Source: Neophaeotheca triangularis | Lineage: Eukaryota | Direction of reading: 5' to 3' | Length of the DNA stretch: 58,769 nucleotides | Assembly: GCA_054600435.1 (NCBI GenBank) | Contig: BAAIJX010000062.1 | Span: 62,001 to 120,769, forward strand | In this document: piece by piece, positions 34,699 to 48,390 of the stretch | Position numbering within the stretch: the stretch's first letter is position 1 | Layout: every line of letters starts with the position of its first letter | Position numbers and translations under genes: made by a program | Notes under the pieces: model-generated | Seen by the model: only the letters and a program-made list of their open reading frames with translations | Databases searched by the model: none | Told to the model about the DNA's origin: nothing

Positions 34699-36733
34699 CT
34701 TCAAGGGTTACTGCTGGCCGATCAAGGAAAGATAGAGTAGTTCCCTTTTGAAGGAGAGCGACTGATATATTCGAGCGAGAGACTGTTGACAAAAGATGGT
34801 GACGATCAGGATCAACGGGCAAGAACAGGGGTGATTGGGGGCATGATTATATACCCTCAGCTGGGCATCTCTAGCCACCACACCTTCAACGTTCGAGGTT
34901 GCTACTCCCTTCCGATGGTGCCGATAGTGGGCGATGCCCTCATTGTCTTGAGAGCCGTGTCCTACACCGCGTCGCGCTAGCTCGATGGGGAGCCTCAATT
35001 GCCATGTACGCCCTATATCCATTCACGAGATGGAGCCTGTCTTGAATCATACCAAGAAGGTTGGCGACGGCGCTAAGCGCCGCTTCGTTCCGTTTCAGGT
35101 TAGAAAAGGACGGTGAATCTTTTGGGCAAGAGCTTGAGGAAACAACATAGACATCCTTGACCACGTCCGAGTGGTCGAGTATCGCCTCGAAGCGGGGCGG
35201 AGAGCGTCCCGACAGCGTGGTATCTCGCCGACGCTTTTTGTTCATTATCATCGTGTGGTTGCAATGGACCCAGGTTCAGCCATACCATGGTGCTGGGTCG
35301 CTGTCTTCGCGTCCCATAACCAACCCTACTTGTAGAAGGCATTGTAAGTTCAGTATCTGATTGAAGGGAGTTTCCGATAGTTCATTGTAAAGTGCATCAT
35401 ATTGAGCACCGTCAGTACTCACGATCGAGGCATTTGCCGTGCCGATGACAGCCTGAAAGCAGGTGTAATGCAAAGTTGAAGAGCTGAGTAGTGAAGAGGT
35501 GTTCTAGGAGACAGCACAGCTGCTGTCAAAGAAGTCTTGACCGAGTTCCAGCGGGCCGGGATTGTGGAAGACTGCGAACCGTGGAAAGGAAATTCTGAGA
35601 GGGCTGTCTTGACTGCTTGATTGGTACGCGCGAGCTGATAGTGTGGGAAGTGAGGTTGACATACGGTTCGGGCCGGCACTAGCGTACCTGAGGGATCAAC
35701 TCCATAACATCTATCAACCATCTCCATCATCATTGGCGCTCCTATAGCATCGAGGCATAGCAGCTACTACTGCCCAACAAGAATCGTTGACGCTCAAGAC
35801 TGCTCAGGAGTTTCATTTGACTCGCGAGCCAAGGCCTAGATCACGGGCGTAGACTCCGAGCTGACGATCCGTCTACCGACAAAGATAACCACCAAAGACA
35901 TCTTTCCTATCGGGTCTAGGTATCTTCCTTTAGAAAGACCACGAAAATGTCGCGATGCGTGAGTTTGTTAGCTCTCGGAACAAAGGCACGATGAAGCTCG
36001 CCCACTACGCTCGTGTTAACCCACATTTTGCGACTCTCTGGAAGCCTACCGTGGAAACGCCATATGCTATCGCATTTTCCGCCACGTGTTGCAAGGGATC
36101 TTGGAAGCATCGAGTTTTCGGCCCTACACGCGCCCCTAAAGGATCCGCTGAATCTCTCAAGCCCTCGAGAGAGAGCACTGCATCCGATGAACCACACTTT
36201 GTATGACCATCCAGGTGCCTGTACCTTGCACGTATGCCGCGCACCAACGCCCTGGCGTAGATCCTCCGAATTATTGGTTACGAGGCAATCGCAGGATGTC
36301 ATCCGCGCAATCGAGAATTGATGCGGATCTACCAACGTTTCCCCACGAATTGCAGCCTCTAGCCGAAAGCGCCGCTGACATCCGCCCAATGCGCTAGGCC
36401 GTTTAAGAAATTCAACCGCGAGCGGTCCAGGGAAAACGGCACGCTTCACGCTGGAAGGAGGCATACTATAAGAGCGCCTACGTGTTCAAGACCCGCGACA
36501 GTGGTTTGCTTTGCTGATCGTCAGTCATGAACCAAGCCGATCATGTCCGGGGACCCGAGGGCTTGTATTGGCCCGACGCCTACCAACATGGCTTTTTGAA
36601 CTATCGAGCAATAGTTTCGCATCTTCTTTGTGCGAAAAGCCTCATGGTTTATTATCCTTGCGTGGTACAACTGCACCTGTGCGGAACCCACGCTTCGTTA
36701 GGGAAATGCGACGGACCCGATCAGGTAGGCAAC

Positions 36734-36812
36734 CGCACAATAAGTCGATAGATTCTATCTGAATCGAGACCAAGCGCACAACAAGTCGATAGAGTATTCC
36801 GCATCGAGACCA
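36734..36812. repeat. Imperfect two-copy direct repeat, period 41 bp
   Basis: CGCACAAYAAGTCGATAGA...ATCGAGACCA at 36734 and 36775. Confidence 0.8.
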
Positions 36813-37983
36813 TAGACCGACCTCAACGAAAAACTGCTATGCAATTCACGGCTGTCGCTAGAAGCGAGAGAAGTCAGCTGACCCCTAGAGTGCTGCTGTA
36901 CTCAAAGGCCTGTCGCCAGTGAGCCGCGTTTCCAATAGCTCGCAACTATTCTTTGAAAGTATCGATCGATTATCGGTGTTGTGAAGACGAAGCGAGCAAT
37001 CGCCAAGCAGCTAGTAACAATTTTCCATATCCCAGTTTTTCCAGCAGTCTACAGGGCTCCAATATCGCCCCTGTCCCCTGCAAAGATCGAAAAGGCAATG
37101 CTGGCGTGTGGTAAATCCAACCCGAATGCTGGAATCTCTGCAGAATCCTTGACCCAGCGGGCGATCGTGTACAAGTCGTGACGAGCACGGGAGCAACAGA
37201 ACGTGGACCTGGTTCACCGAGTGACTGTTGCTTTGCTAATAAACTCAGCGATTTCCACACGCGATGTAGTAGATCCGGTCCAGGAACCGCTTCTTAACCA
37301 AGGACATGCTGAAGAAGTTGCAACGAGCTCGCGTTTCCTCACGCAGCAATGTAGATCCGGGCCAGGAACCGCCGTGGACCGCTACGGACCCAAGGATATG
37401 CCGAAGAGACCTTGCGGCGAGTTCCCAATGCACGATGACCTAGTGTTGCCGTCCCAGACTGGAGACAATATGCGTTGAGAGTCTTGACCTCTGGCCTTCA
37501 TTTGCGGAAATGGACCGGCGCTCTCTGCAGTCGGCTTACGCACCGCACCGCAATTGCTGCTAGACTTGGGAGCTGAGATGAGCTGCACGGGCTGCTCTGC
37601 GTCTCACAGACAGCTAGATTTGCTCGGGTCAGCTTTCGAGGTCGTCGTGTTGCACTGTGTCACAGCAAAAGTAAGCCAGAAAATTGGTCGTCAGTATATC
37701 AAGGTCCCCTGGACGCATTGACTATTGTGTCCTTCCTAAGAGTGGCATCGATTCTCTTCACGAGCGTGGATCGGTGCCCGCGACCCCAATGACTCTTGGC
37801 ATCCTAGATGAAGAAGAGCAGAAGTGCGGTTGTCATTGCCCTCTTATCTTGCCGTCTGCCATTGTATTTCGAATTTTGATTGCTACCAACTCTGCACTCG
37901 TCTGCTGTGTTATTCGTTCATCGTTTCATGCCATTATCGTCGCTCGAAGTGTACATAAACCCACACCTTCTCTATTCCCTTCC

Positions 37984-38726
37984 CTACCACGGCAGTTCCA
38001 TTCCCTCCCTATGCCAAAATTTTCCAGTCTCCTCAATCCCCTTGCCCATCATCACAGCCCACAGCTTAGCCGCCGCCTCCTCCGGCTCCACACTCTCCGG
38101 ATTCGCCGCCGCATCCGGATTCAAGTTGCTCCTAACATACCCCGGATGCAGCAAACTAACCACAACTCCATGCTCCCGCAAGTCCATCGCCAAACTCTTG
38201 CCAATACTATTCACCGCCGCCTTACTAGCGCGGTAAGCATAAATCCCCCCGGAAGAATTATCGCCCATGCTTCCAACCCGCGAGCTCACAATACCCACGC
38301 GCGGGCCCGGGCTGAGGAGTAAACTCGGCAGAAGGGCTTGGGTGAGCAGCAAGGGGCCGAGAGCGTTGGTCTCGAAGAGCCGGGTCATGGTGTCCTTTGT
38401 GACTGTTGCCAGGCTGTCCTGGTCTTCGGGGACCATGGCGCCCGCGACGTTGAGCAGGATGTCGACGGGTTTGTCGGCGAGTTGGGCCGCGAAGGCCGAG
38501 ACGGTGTCGGGGTTGCGGACGTCGAGGCGGTGGAGACGGCATTGGAGCGTTTGCAGGGCGGCGCCTACTTCGAGGTCTGTGGCGTGGACGTCGTAGCCCT
38601 GGCGGGTGGTTAGTTTGCTGGACCCCATGCTGGGTTGGGGTCGGTCGTTTGCACCTCGTCGATTAGTAGCTTGGCCCAGGCGTGTCCAATGCCACTGTTG
38701 GCTCCAGTCACTATGGCGGTCGGCAT
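37984..38726 (-). CDS. Short-chain dehydrogenase/reductase (CsgA/C-factor-like); 2 exons
   Basis: Exon 1 MPTAIVTGANSGIG; intron ~38599-38654; LLNVAG, SSRVGS, YRASK catalytic motif, LHPGYV. Confidence 0.92.
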
Positions 38727-39333
38727 GGTAGCAAGTGTGGTTCTCGGCGCCCTAGAGACGATGGGAGTGAGGACATGGAAGCCATAGCAGCGAAGATGCG
38801 ACGATTACACGTAGGCACCCGGGGGAGCTATACCATGACGTTTAAGTCGCCAAGACCCAGCTTTGGAGTTTCTAGGTTCCGTCCTTCTCCACTTAAGGAA
38901 TTGGATGGGTACCTTCTAACTTTCTGGCCTGAGGCTTTCCTTTAATAGACGAAATGTTCAACCTCACCTTTTTATTTTGAACGCAAAAAGGCAATGAATG
39001 TTAATATTCGTCAACAAAACACGTGATCTCGCTTCCAACATAACTACAATCTGTGCAGGACGTTGAGTGAAAAGCGTGCTCTCGCCATTGAAACCATCAT
39101 GAAGCGCGTGCCCTCATCCGCCCAGTCATAACGTATCCTAACGCCACAAGACATTCGCATAAAATGCCGCATCCGCCATGGTGTATAGCGCCGAAGTTTT
39201 GAACGCGATTTATCTGAACACAACTTCCCAACCTTGCTCAACCCCGTAGCCAGACCGCCTCCAGCTATCCTGAAATAATCAGCAGTAGTCCCGACTATAG
39301 CCTCCACGATCCGGTAGTCCGCATCGCCTCGTT

Positions 39334-41206
39334 TCATACCACTTTCTCATCGACAGTCGCCGCTTCCTGCTGCATGCCCTGTTGCAGCTGTTCGGTCATT
39401 TGTTGCGCGAAAAGTTGCGGGTCCGACATTTGCGGCTGCACCTGGGTGTGCTGGCGAAGCGAATCTTCCAGCATGCGAAGTCTGTTATCCTGTTCCTTAT
39501 TGTGTGCCTCGAGCTCGATAATGCGAGCGTGGTACTGGCCATTCTGCACGCGCAGTTGCTCGTTCTCCTTCCTGAGGTCCTCGTCGCTTTCGGAGCCGCC
39601 GTTCTCACCATCCAGTCGTTGTCGTTTGGCGCTCAGAGCAGGCTCGAGAGCATTCTCGAGTGTTTCGGAAATCTTGCTTGCTGGGGTGTCGTTCTGTTGT
39701 TCGGCGCCTGGCAACGCATCCAACGCTGGGTTCACAGCTGAAGCGGCGTCTGTCTCGGTTCCCTTGTTCGTGTGACAACGGCGGACGTGTTCGTGTAAAT
39801 TTTCTTTGCGAGTGAAACCCTTCCCATTTGAACGCTTGCAGTCGCTAAAAGGGCACATGAGCTTTTCCTTTGGTCCACCATGCTTCCCATGAACTTCACG
39901 TTCATGCCGAAGAAGGCCGCCCGAATAAGTGAAACCTTGCAGCTTTTCGCACGAGAGGTGTGGGCAACGGTAGGGCCTGTCGTGCTTGTCCATGTGCTTG
40001 CTAGGGAACATTTAGTTGCTAAACCTTAGCTTTCAGCTACCCTGAGTCAACTTACCTCCATTCACACTTCCTATCAAAAGTTTGCCCCTCACACACCTCC
40101 GCCCAGGTGCATATGAATTTGTTGTCAGCGTTCGTCGGAGGATCACCACGCTTAATGGTCTTTGCTGGCTTCGGGGAGATGTTGTAGTCGCCGTTGGGAG
40201 AAGCTTGGGGATCTTGAAAGGCACCAAGGGAGGTTTCAGAATCTCTACGGCTATGCGGCTCGTTCATTTGAGGGTCGGTTATCTGAGGATCGTATGGATT
40301 TGGCGGAATCCCGGCACCATTGGACTGTGACATCTCGCCAAAAGATCGTTTTCGACCATTCTGAGGTGGCTCGAGCGATTCGTCTCGTGGGGTCTCGTGC
40401 AGATCGCCTTGCAGGCTCACAGGCGCGGCCGACGGCTGGGCGGTCTGCGGAACGTCGTCCATGAAAGCTACATTCAGGTTTTGGGAGTCGTTGTAGTTTG
40501 GAGTGTCGTGAGGATACTGGTAGGATCCGTTCGGAGACCCTGAGTGAAGGGCTGGATCCTGAGGCTGTTGCAGCCCCGGATCGGTTGAAGGCTCCAGATT
40601 GTCGAGATCGTAGTGCTGCGATGTGTGTGGTGAAGACTCGAAATTGGAATCCAGCTTGACGGTTGATGACTCCGTGATGACTCTTGTTTCGGGGTTATAG
40701 AGGTGGTGTGATCGCTGCTGCTCTCGACGTGGCGACGATGTTGGATGAAATTCTAGGCTCCCAAAGTACAAAGGCTGCTGTGGCGGCGCCAACGTGATTG
40801 CTGCCCTAGATTGGTTCCAATAATTGCCTTCTGTAGTACTCGAGTTGGATGGCGAATTGGCGTTACCGGTGAATACCTGAGGCCACGATCCACTGAAGTG
40901 AGCAGGAGACGGGTTGTGCGCTGAGAATTGCAGGGCGTGTTGCTGGAGCGAGTCGATATTGTCTAATTCTACCAATGTCAGCGCTGCTACGGTACGATTG
41001 AATAGGAGATGTTCCGTACAGTACTGGTTGGTCGCTTGATGAGTGAAGTTGGATGATCTAAGGCAGAAACTTGGTGAAGCCTGATCATGATCAGGCCTGA
41101 AGGACGGCTGTACTTCGGCCATTTCCTGCCAAGAGCTTTCTTCCCCACCTCGCACGTGACTTGTTCCGAGGTCTGAAGCTGCTACATGAGGCCAGTCGTT
41201 TCTCAT
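39334..41206 (-). CDS. C2H2 zinc-finger transcription factor (three fingers, C-terminal coiled coil)
   Basis: CTWAEVC..FDRKCEWSKHMDKH (across intron ~40001-40055), RPYRCPHLSC..LLRHEREVH, CPFSDC..LHEHVRRCH; 5' exon structure and start uncertain. Confidence 0.85.
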
Positions 41207-42797
41207 CTCCTTTTCCAACTTAGTCTAGCAATCACCGCAGGAAGAGAGGAAGCGAACCTGGAAGGCTTTTTTGACAATGGCCGCTCCCTAAAACAGGTGG
41301 TGAGCGACCTTTCGACGCAAAAACAAATCGTTTTGATTGGTGAGGTATAGAAGTCGGGAGCGGGTTACTGTTATAACGTCGAGTGCGAAGAGGCGTACGT
41401 CTATGTGATCTTGATCGCAAACCACGAAGACAACAACACTGGAAAAGAACGAATGGACGTTAAGGGGACGGATGATAGGTAAATGTTCCCACCGGACGAA
41501 ATGCGCAAGCCACAGCATAACATAGCAGCCTCACTACAACATGAAAAGAGTGGCAGTGTCTGCGAGATGGACAAAAACAAACCGTCTTAGAGGCCATGTG
41601 TACCATGTCCCAATGCGCAGCACCAGGCATCCAAACCACTCTATCCTCGAGGCTCATAGAAACAGCCGCAGGCAGCTCACCAGCCACCCACGATCTCATG
41701 CCCGACCGGTGAAGGCTTCAGACCCAAAGCGAGGGAACCAACTGAGGTTTATCACATTGCGCTCTCCTATAGTATGCGCAGCCTTTGCGACCAAGCAAGC
41801 CACAGTCTACCCTGACATGGCGAGCATGAGATACATCGAACTGTGCCTCAACGCGCGGGGGTGTCGAGAGGCCATGCGGGCGCAGTGTCGGGGCTGTGCT
41901 CTGTCACACAGCCCTCTCCAGTTCGCCATAAATTGACGCTTGATCGCAATAGAATCTCGAGGGGCCGGTTGAGCCCCGATGGATGCCCAATTTCATGGTG
42001 TTTGTCAAAGACTCATCCTGTGGGGCCGACGATTCGCATCTTGTCATACCAATGAAGGCAAGAGGCAACGGCCGAGACTTCGCCTATATATACCGGCAGC
42101 TCCTCTACATACAGACACATAGTATCGCAACCTCTCAAACCCCACAGGCGTGTAGGTTGTTCCCGTTCAATACAGTATCCATAGCGAATAGCCCTCCAAA
42201 TACATCTAAAAAGTGTGTATCGCATCTGCATAAATCCATCTCGAATACTTGGCCCAAGGGTATCGTATCAAAGCTCTTTGCCCAACCCACACGTGCTCAC
42301 CAGGTGAATGCAGACCACACATAAGACACCTCATCCAGAACAACCGACGAACCTCGACAGCAGCCGGCCTCACTCAATTTGGGGGGTATATAAGCATCTA
42401 AGGAAAGACAAACACACTCGAACACATCACGAACACAGCCCGAAACCCATAACCCGTAACCATACGCCCGCCCCACAGATCCTAGACCGCACCGCTGCGT
42501 CTGCTGGGGAGGGAACCTTGATCCTGCCATCCGTTGCCCATGTCAATCGTTACCGGAGGTCGTACTTCTTTCCCAAAGGCCATTGCAGTCAGACGTGAAG
42601 TATTGAAGGAGCCTGTCGTTCTTCCTCAACTAGGCGCAAGTCTCGCGGACTATGCTCGGTAGGAACGGCGAAGGAGATTTTCCTTCTCGAAAGAACCGTC
42701 TGGCGCTTTCTCCGTCGGCACCTAAGAGCGTTGGGTCGGAGGTTCTCAAAGCCTCCAGGCGAAGCTCGTGCGAAATCAATTAGTTTCTTTGCCCACT

Positions 42798-45700
42798 TCA
42801 GTCTCTGGGGCCCGGGGCAGCAGCTTCAGCGTAATTCTTCGCTTGCCCCTGTCCCGCTTCGTTCTGGTTTGGGTTCTCAGTCTGGCTCTCTGTCCCGCTC
42901 TGCTCTTGCTGCTGTTTAGATTTGAAGTCCGTGCCATCCTCGCGGCTCTGCTGTTGCTGCTGGGTGTACCCTTTACCCTCGCCGTCGCCACTGGGCGCTT
43001 TCCTGAGCGGCAGCTCGCCACTCCGGACGGCGTTGACACTCGGCCGTTTGTTCCCAGGTTTATCCACCGGCGTTTTCACCTCGGCCTCGCCTCTCTCGCG
43101 CTCTTGCTGCTGCTGCTGCTGCCGCCGTTCTTCTCCACCGTCTCCACTTCTACCACCACCGTTTCCACTTTCCCCTCTGCCAGCCGTGCCAGCTGCATTA
43201 TCACCACCATCACCACCATTGGACGAGGTTCTCTCCATCAGATAATTAATTTTGCCAATCAAATCCTCAACCTTGTAAGGCTTCGAGATAACAGCATCCA
43301 TCCCCGCACTAATCATTGCATCCTGCTGCTCACCCCTCACATTCGCACTGAGCCCGAGCACAGCGACCCCATTTCGTTTGCCGACGCCCTTTTCGCTCTC
43401 AATTTCCCTAATCTTCCTCGTAGCAGTGTTGCCATCCATTTCCGGCATCTCCTTATCCATCAGAATCAAGTCGTAACGTTGCGAGTCCCCCGGGGGTTTG
43501 GCAAGACAATCGACGTAAGCGTCGACGGCTTCGCGGCCGTTTTCAGCCGTCGATACGACGAAATCTTTGGACCGCAATTTGCGCGCCACGATGCGTTGGT
43601 TGACCAGGTTGTCCTCGACGAGCAGAATGTGTGGGTGGCTTTTTCTGCGTCGCAGGGGGTTGTCGGGTTCTTGTTCCTGGGCTTCTTGCTCGGTTTTTGT
43701 TCGTCCTAGCTGCTGAGGCCGATCAGAGTGGTGATCGCGCTGGAGTTTCCCCGCTTCATCCATGGGGTCGGCGGAGGATTTCTTGTAACCCGAAGTGACT
43801 TTCTCCATCGAAGCGGCGGTGTTGGCCAGGTGGTCTTGGGTTGTGCCTTGCGCTGTGGCGTATGTTGCGTCTTGAGAGAGATCCTCGTCTTTCTTTTTGA
43901 TCTTGCCGTCTTGCTTTTTGCCGTGTTGTCTTGAACTCCCCTCTTCAGACTTGTTCTTCTTGTGGTCTGAGCCCGCCGTCAGGCCTTGCGATTGGATTTC
44001 ACCTTTGAGCTGCTCGTGGCGGTCGATTTCTACCTGAGGACCATCTTCCGGTGGGCCTGATCTGCGAACTCGGAAGAAGAAGGCAAATGTAGTTCCTTGG
44101 CCTTCGATCGAATCGACGCCAATCTCACCGCCATGCATGTGGACCAGTTTCCGTGAGATGTTCAGTCCCAAACCAGAGCCACCGTAGATTTCCCCAGTCT
44201 TCGGCGTAGCCTGCTTGAACCGTTGGAAGAGCCTCTTTTTGCCTTCTTCACTAATACCTATACCCGTGTCCTTGACGGCAAACATAATGTACAACGGCTC
44301 GCCTTCTCCCCACTCAGATCTGCCTGTTGCGTCCATATGATGAACATGCTTTTCAGTCTCGAAAAAAACTACATCCGGTGGGAACGACGACGGCCTTGAC
44401 TTTGCAGCAGAAACCCTGCAGCTGATTTTCTTCTCGCCATCCGTTTTTGACGTAAATTTGATAGAATTGCTCACGAGATTGATCAGTACCTGGCCTATGC
44501 GAGCCAGATCTGCCATTACCCAGTCGATGTTGAAGTCATGGTATTCCTTGTCCACTTTGTATTCGAATTCGCAATGCTGCTTCCGTAGCTCCGGCTGGAA
44601 CATGTGTATGGATTTGGAGAGGTCGTGGTCAGGTTTGCTCGGCTTTGGGACAAGCGCGAGCATCGAAGAGTCCAGCTTGGAGTAAGATAAGACGTCGTCG
44701 ACTATATTCTTCTGGTGCGCAATGCATAGATTGATCGTCTCGGTGGCTTCTAGGATTTCGCTGATCTGTGTGTGCTCCTTCACGCCCGTCTTGACTGCTT
44801 CTTCAATGTCTTCCACGCAATGCAGCACAGCCGACAGGGGATTACGGATTTCGTGCGAGATCATATCAATAAAGCGTTCTTGCTGTTCCTTTCGCTCCCT
44901 TGCTTCGTTCGCCGCATTTCGCTGAGTAAGTTCCGCGCTCTTTTCGGAAGTTATGTCGACGACGCAGCAGATGAAACCACCGTATTTTTCCAAGCTCACA
45001 TGACGCAAGTTCTCATCTCCCAGTGGTGTTAGCAAAAGTAGCCGCCATGGCCGATCCCCTCCAAGCGCACGAAACTCGGTCCGTAACTGTCTTTGATATA
45101 CGAAAGCTTGATGGTAGGCGCCTAGTACACGGTCATAATCGTCAGGATGTATGCTCTGCGGCCATGAGCGGAATGACTGGTCGGGCCCTCGATGCGTAGT
45201 CAATGCGTAGAAATGTTGGTTTACAAAGACGGCTAGCGCTTCATGATCCAGAATGGCCAGACCGGTAGGTAACATTTCAGCGAAGCGGTGGAAGAAGGGA
45301 TGTTCATCCAGCGGGACGTTGTCCGCAGAGCTGGCTTTGCTCTTCACGACACTCCGGTCCAGATCCTTGTTCCCCATGGTACTAGGTTCTGCTCCATCGA
45401 GATCTTTGTAGCTCTGCTTTGCGGGCAACTTATGAAGCTTTTGCGAGGGTATCAACTGCGTTATGACACCCTGCGGCTCGTGAATGTTCTTATCAAACAA
45501 TGGGCTGGCCAAGACTGTGTAATCGTACTCGCCGTTTGTGCTTCTCAACAAGTCATTGCCGTTCAGTCTGGCGGGTTTCCCTCCCACCAGCGCCGTCTGT
45601 AGACCATGCCAAGCGTCAGCCCCCAAAGAACCTCTCTGCTTCTTAGCTTGTTCTGTAATCCCGCCGGCGGCCGCCCAGGCATCATTGTAGAGTAGGACAA

Positions 45701-45986
45701 GCTCTTGGCCCCAGAATATGGCAGATGGATAGTCAAAGGAGGATAGAGTGACGACGATGGAATGAAGGAGAGTGGGCCATTCTGAGGGATGGCCTAGAAT
45801 GGTGTTGGTCCTGAAATTGGCACGTGATTAGCTTTGCCGGATGAGCATGAGAGGGGAGAAAGCAGGTGCGTACCAAGTCTCTTCATCTCCAGGTAAGGGC
45901 ACAGTCCCCGGTTGTAATCGGTCTCCAGCCTGGGCCGGTGTCGCGTTCGCATCGGATGCATCGTTTTCGTCGGTGACTGATCTCAT
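42798..45986 (-). CDS. Hybrid sensor histidine kinase (PAS, HisKA, HATPase_c, receiver); 2 exons
   Basis: ATG 45986, intron 45811-45873; SHEIRNPL H-box, NLVSNSIKFT, DTGIG, GSGLGL, receiver LLVEDN..LILMDKEMPEMDG..KP. Confidence 0.93.
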
Positions 45987-46564
45987 GGGCAAGGTCAGGT
46001 ATCCCTACCTGGGAATCTGGAGACGCGGGCTGAAATGTGTGTGGTAGCAATGTGTACGAGGACGAAGCGAGAGGCAATACAGGGCTGACGGCGTTGGTGG
46101 TGGTGGCAGTCGGAGAGTAGTATTTGGGGTTGGTGCACAGCAGGTGGTGGTGTAGTACATCCAGCGCTCTACTCGGGGGCGGCAGCAAGTGGAGGCAGAT
46201 GCAGGTGGCCTTGGTGCTGGTGGTGGTGAGTGTGGTGGTGGATGATGATCCGCCTCCTCCCGCCTTCAGGCCCAGCTTCTTTCAGTCCAGGGTCTGTTGC
46301 TTCCCGTACCCGCTTCCGATGACGTAGTTTTATATGGGATAACGTGACGTCGCGTATGTAACTGGAAACTGGAGACCCTCGTATCGGCGCCGATTAAGCT
46401 ACCGGCCCCACGAGACTGGTGCATATGTCACGCCCGCTAGTGGATGGATGCATAAGGTTGGAGAGGTACATACACCACGTTACATTGTGCTACCTCCTAC
46501 CTAGGTAGCTACTACATATCTCCTCGATCACCACTTCCATATCCTCCTCCTTCTCCGCCCAGCC

Positions 46565-47674
46565 ATGGCCAACCTTTTCGGAACCCTCAACCGCTTCATC
46601 TCCCGCCTTGACGCCGAACCCTCGCAAACCCTCCAACAATCCCCCCGTGGCGCCAGCACAAACAACGCCTACGGCTTCCAAGTCCTCGCCAACACCGCCC
46701 TCTCCTCGGTCCCTCTCGAACCCTACTTCGACTTCATCATCGGCATCAATGGTCGCACAATCGACAACCCGGACCCCATCTTGTTCGCGACCGAAGTCGG
46801 CAATTGCGCCGGCGCGAGCATAAGTCTGGGAGTCTGGTCAGCCAAAGGAGGGGCAATCCGCGAAGAGTATGTGCTCGTGCCGGCGAAAGGGGAGGGGGGA
46901 TTGGGTCTATCGCTACAGTGGACACCGTTGGAGGTCGTCGAAGATGTCTGGCACATCCTGGATGTGATTCCCAACTCGCCTGCAGACGTCGCGGGCCTTT
47001 TACCTTATAGCGATTATGTCATCGGTAGTCCTGAGAGGCTGCTACGCAAGGGCGAGGGTGCGTTGGGAGAGCTGGTGGAGGCTTTTATGGACCAGGAGAT
47101 GCGCTTGTGGGTCTATAATAACGAATACGATGTCATGCGGGAAATCAAGTTGACGCCTTCGAGGAGCTGGGGTGGTGAGGGCAGTTTGGGCTGTGTTTTG
47201 GGATTCGGTGCGCTACATCGGGTTCCGCTCCCTCTTACGGAACCGGCGAACGCGCCTGGGGAGACTATGTTTGAGAGCGCGCCTACTGCAGCTGCTCCTG
47301 CTGCGGCTGCTGAGAGTATGGGTGCCCCGCCAGCGTCAGACTTTCTGGTCCCTGCCAACATGCCATTGAAACCTGCTCCTGCTGAGGGACTTTCTCCTGC
47401 TGCAGCTGGACCTCCACCACAGGCTCACAGTGGGAGGACGAAGAAGCAGCGCGCGCATCACGCTGTTTCGCCCCAGTCCGGGATGGACGAGTACTTCAAG
47501 GAAGGCGAGCAGAAGAGTCAAGAGCTTGAGGGAGGGCGCTCGACGCCCAAGACTGGGGAAAACCTCCCGCCCCCACCACCTAAAGCCGGTGGCGGCCCGC
47601 CGAGAGCTAACGCACCGCCTCCGGCTGCTGCTACTACGGAAGAGACAAAGAGGGAAGAGGAGGAAGCAAAGTGA
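46565..47674 (+). CDS. GRH1: GRASP55/65 family Golgi reassembly stacking protein
   Basis: YGFQVL, LEPYFDFIIGING, VWHILDV.PNSPA..AGLLPYSDY, WGGEGSLGCVLGFGALHR; Pro-rich tail. Confidence 0.94.
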   Translation: MANLFGTLNRFISRLDAEPSQTLQQSPRGASTNNAYGFQVLANTALSSVPLEPYFDFIIGINGRTIDNPDPILFATEVGNCAGASISLGVWSAKGGAIREEYVLVPAKGEGGLGLSLQWTPLEVVEDVWHILDVIPNSPADVAGLLPYSDYVIGSPERLLRKGEGALGELVEAFMDQEMRLWVYNNEYDVMREIKLTPSRSWGGEGSLGCVLGFGALHRVPLPLTEPANAPGETMFESAPTAAAPAAAAESMGAPPASDFLVPANMPLKPAPAEGLSPAAAGPPPQAHSGRTKKQRAHHAVSPQSGMDEYFKEGEQKSQELEGGRSTPKTGENLPPPPPKAGGGPPRANAPPPAAATTEETKREEEEAK

Positions 47675-48284
47675 TCATCGCCGTGGGACCAGGTGTCTTT
47701 GTGCACCAAAGTGCATTTTACTTGTGGATCCATCGCCTATGCTCGGTGTCCGTGAGCCTGGACGTCTGCAAATCTTTGCGATGAGCCCCAAGATGTGAAG
47801 AATACTTTCACCGATACGTGGTTGGAGAGTAATACCCGACAAGTAGTGCATGGCACCATTATGGTATCGCAGGAAGTAACGACCGGATCGCATTCACACG
47901 GCATACTTCGCATTTTCAACTCGAACGCAGCTCTTTAAGACAGCGTTAACGGCTAGCCAAAGAGCCAGAATGCCTTGACGCCTTCTCCCATAAAAAGGAG
48001 CTATTAAGGCATGCGGGATGGGCATCTCCGAGAGTGAGATTACCACGCCGTGGCTCTTGTCAGATAAGCGGAGATGGTCTGGCAGGCAGCTCTCAATATG
48101 TACTAACTAGAAATCCCAAGATGTCTTTCGTTACTAGGTAGTATAAACTAGAACTAGTCATACGTCCATTGGCCTCACCCTCAGCCTCGACTTCGGAATT
48201 GCCGAAAACACGCAATACCGTCCGCTCTACATCGAGGGCTTTCAAGCTTCCCGAGCCTGGACGACCCGCAGCCAACTCACTCTC

Positions 48285-48298
48285 CACACACACACACA

Positions 48299-48349
<51 letters not shown>

Positions 48350-48358
48350 TCTCTATCT
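48285..48358. repeat. Compound (AC)n(CT)n microsatellite
   Basis: Read directly. Confidence 0.9.
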
Positions 48359-48390
48359 ACTCAGCTTAATCACTCTCCTTTCCCTCCCAA

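Noticed and set aside
36734..36812. Repeat-spacer-like pattern as a CRISPR array
   Set aside because: Only two copies, eukaryotic context, no cas genes
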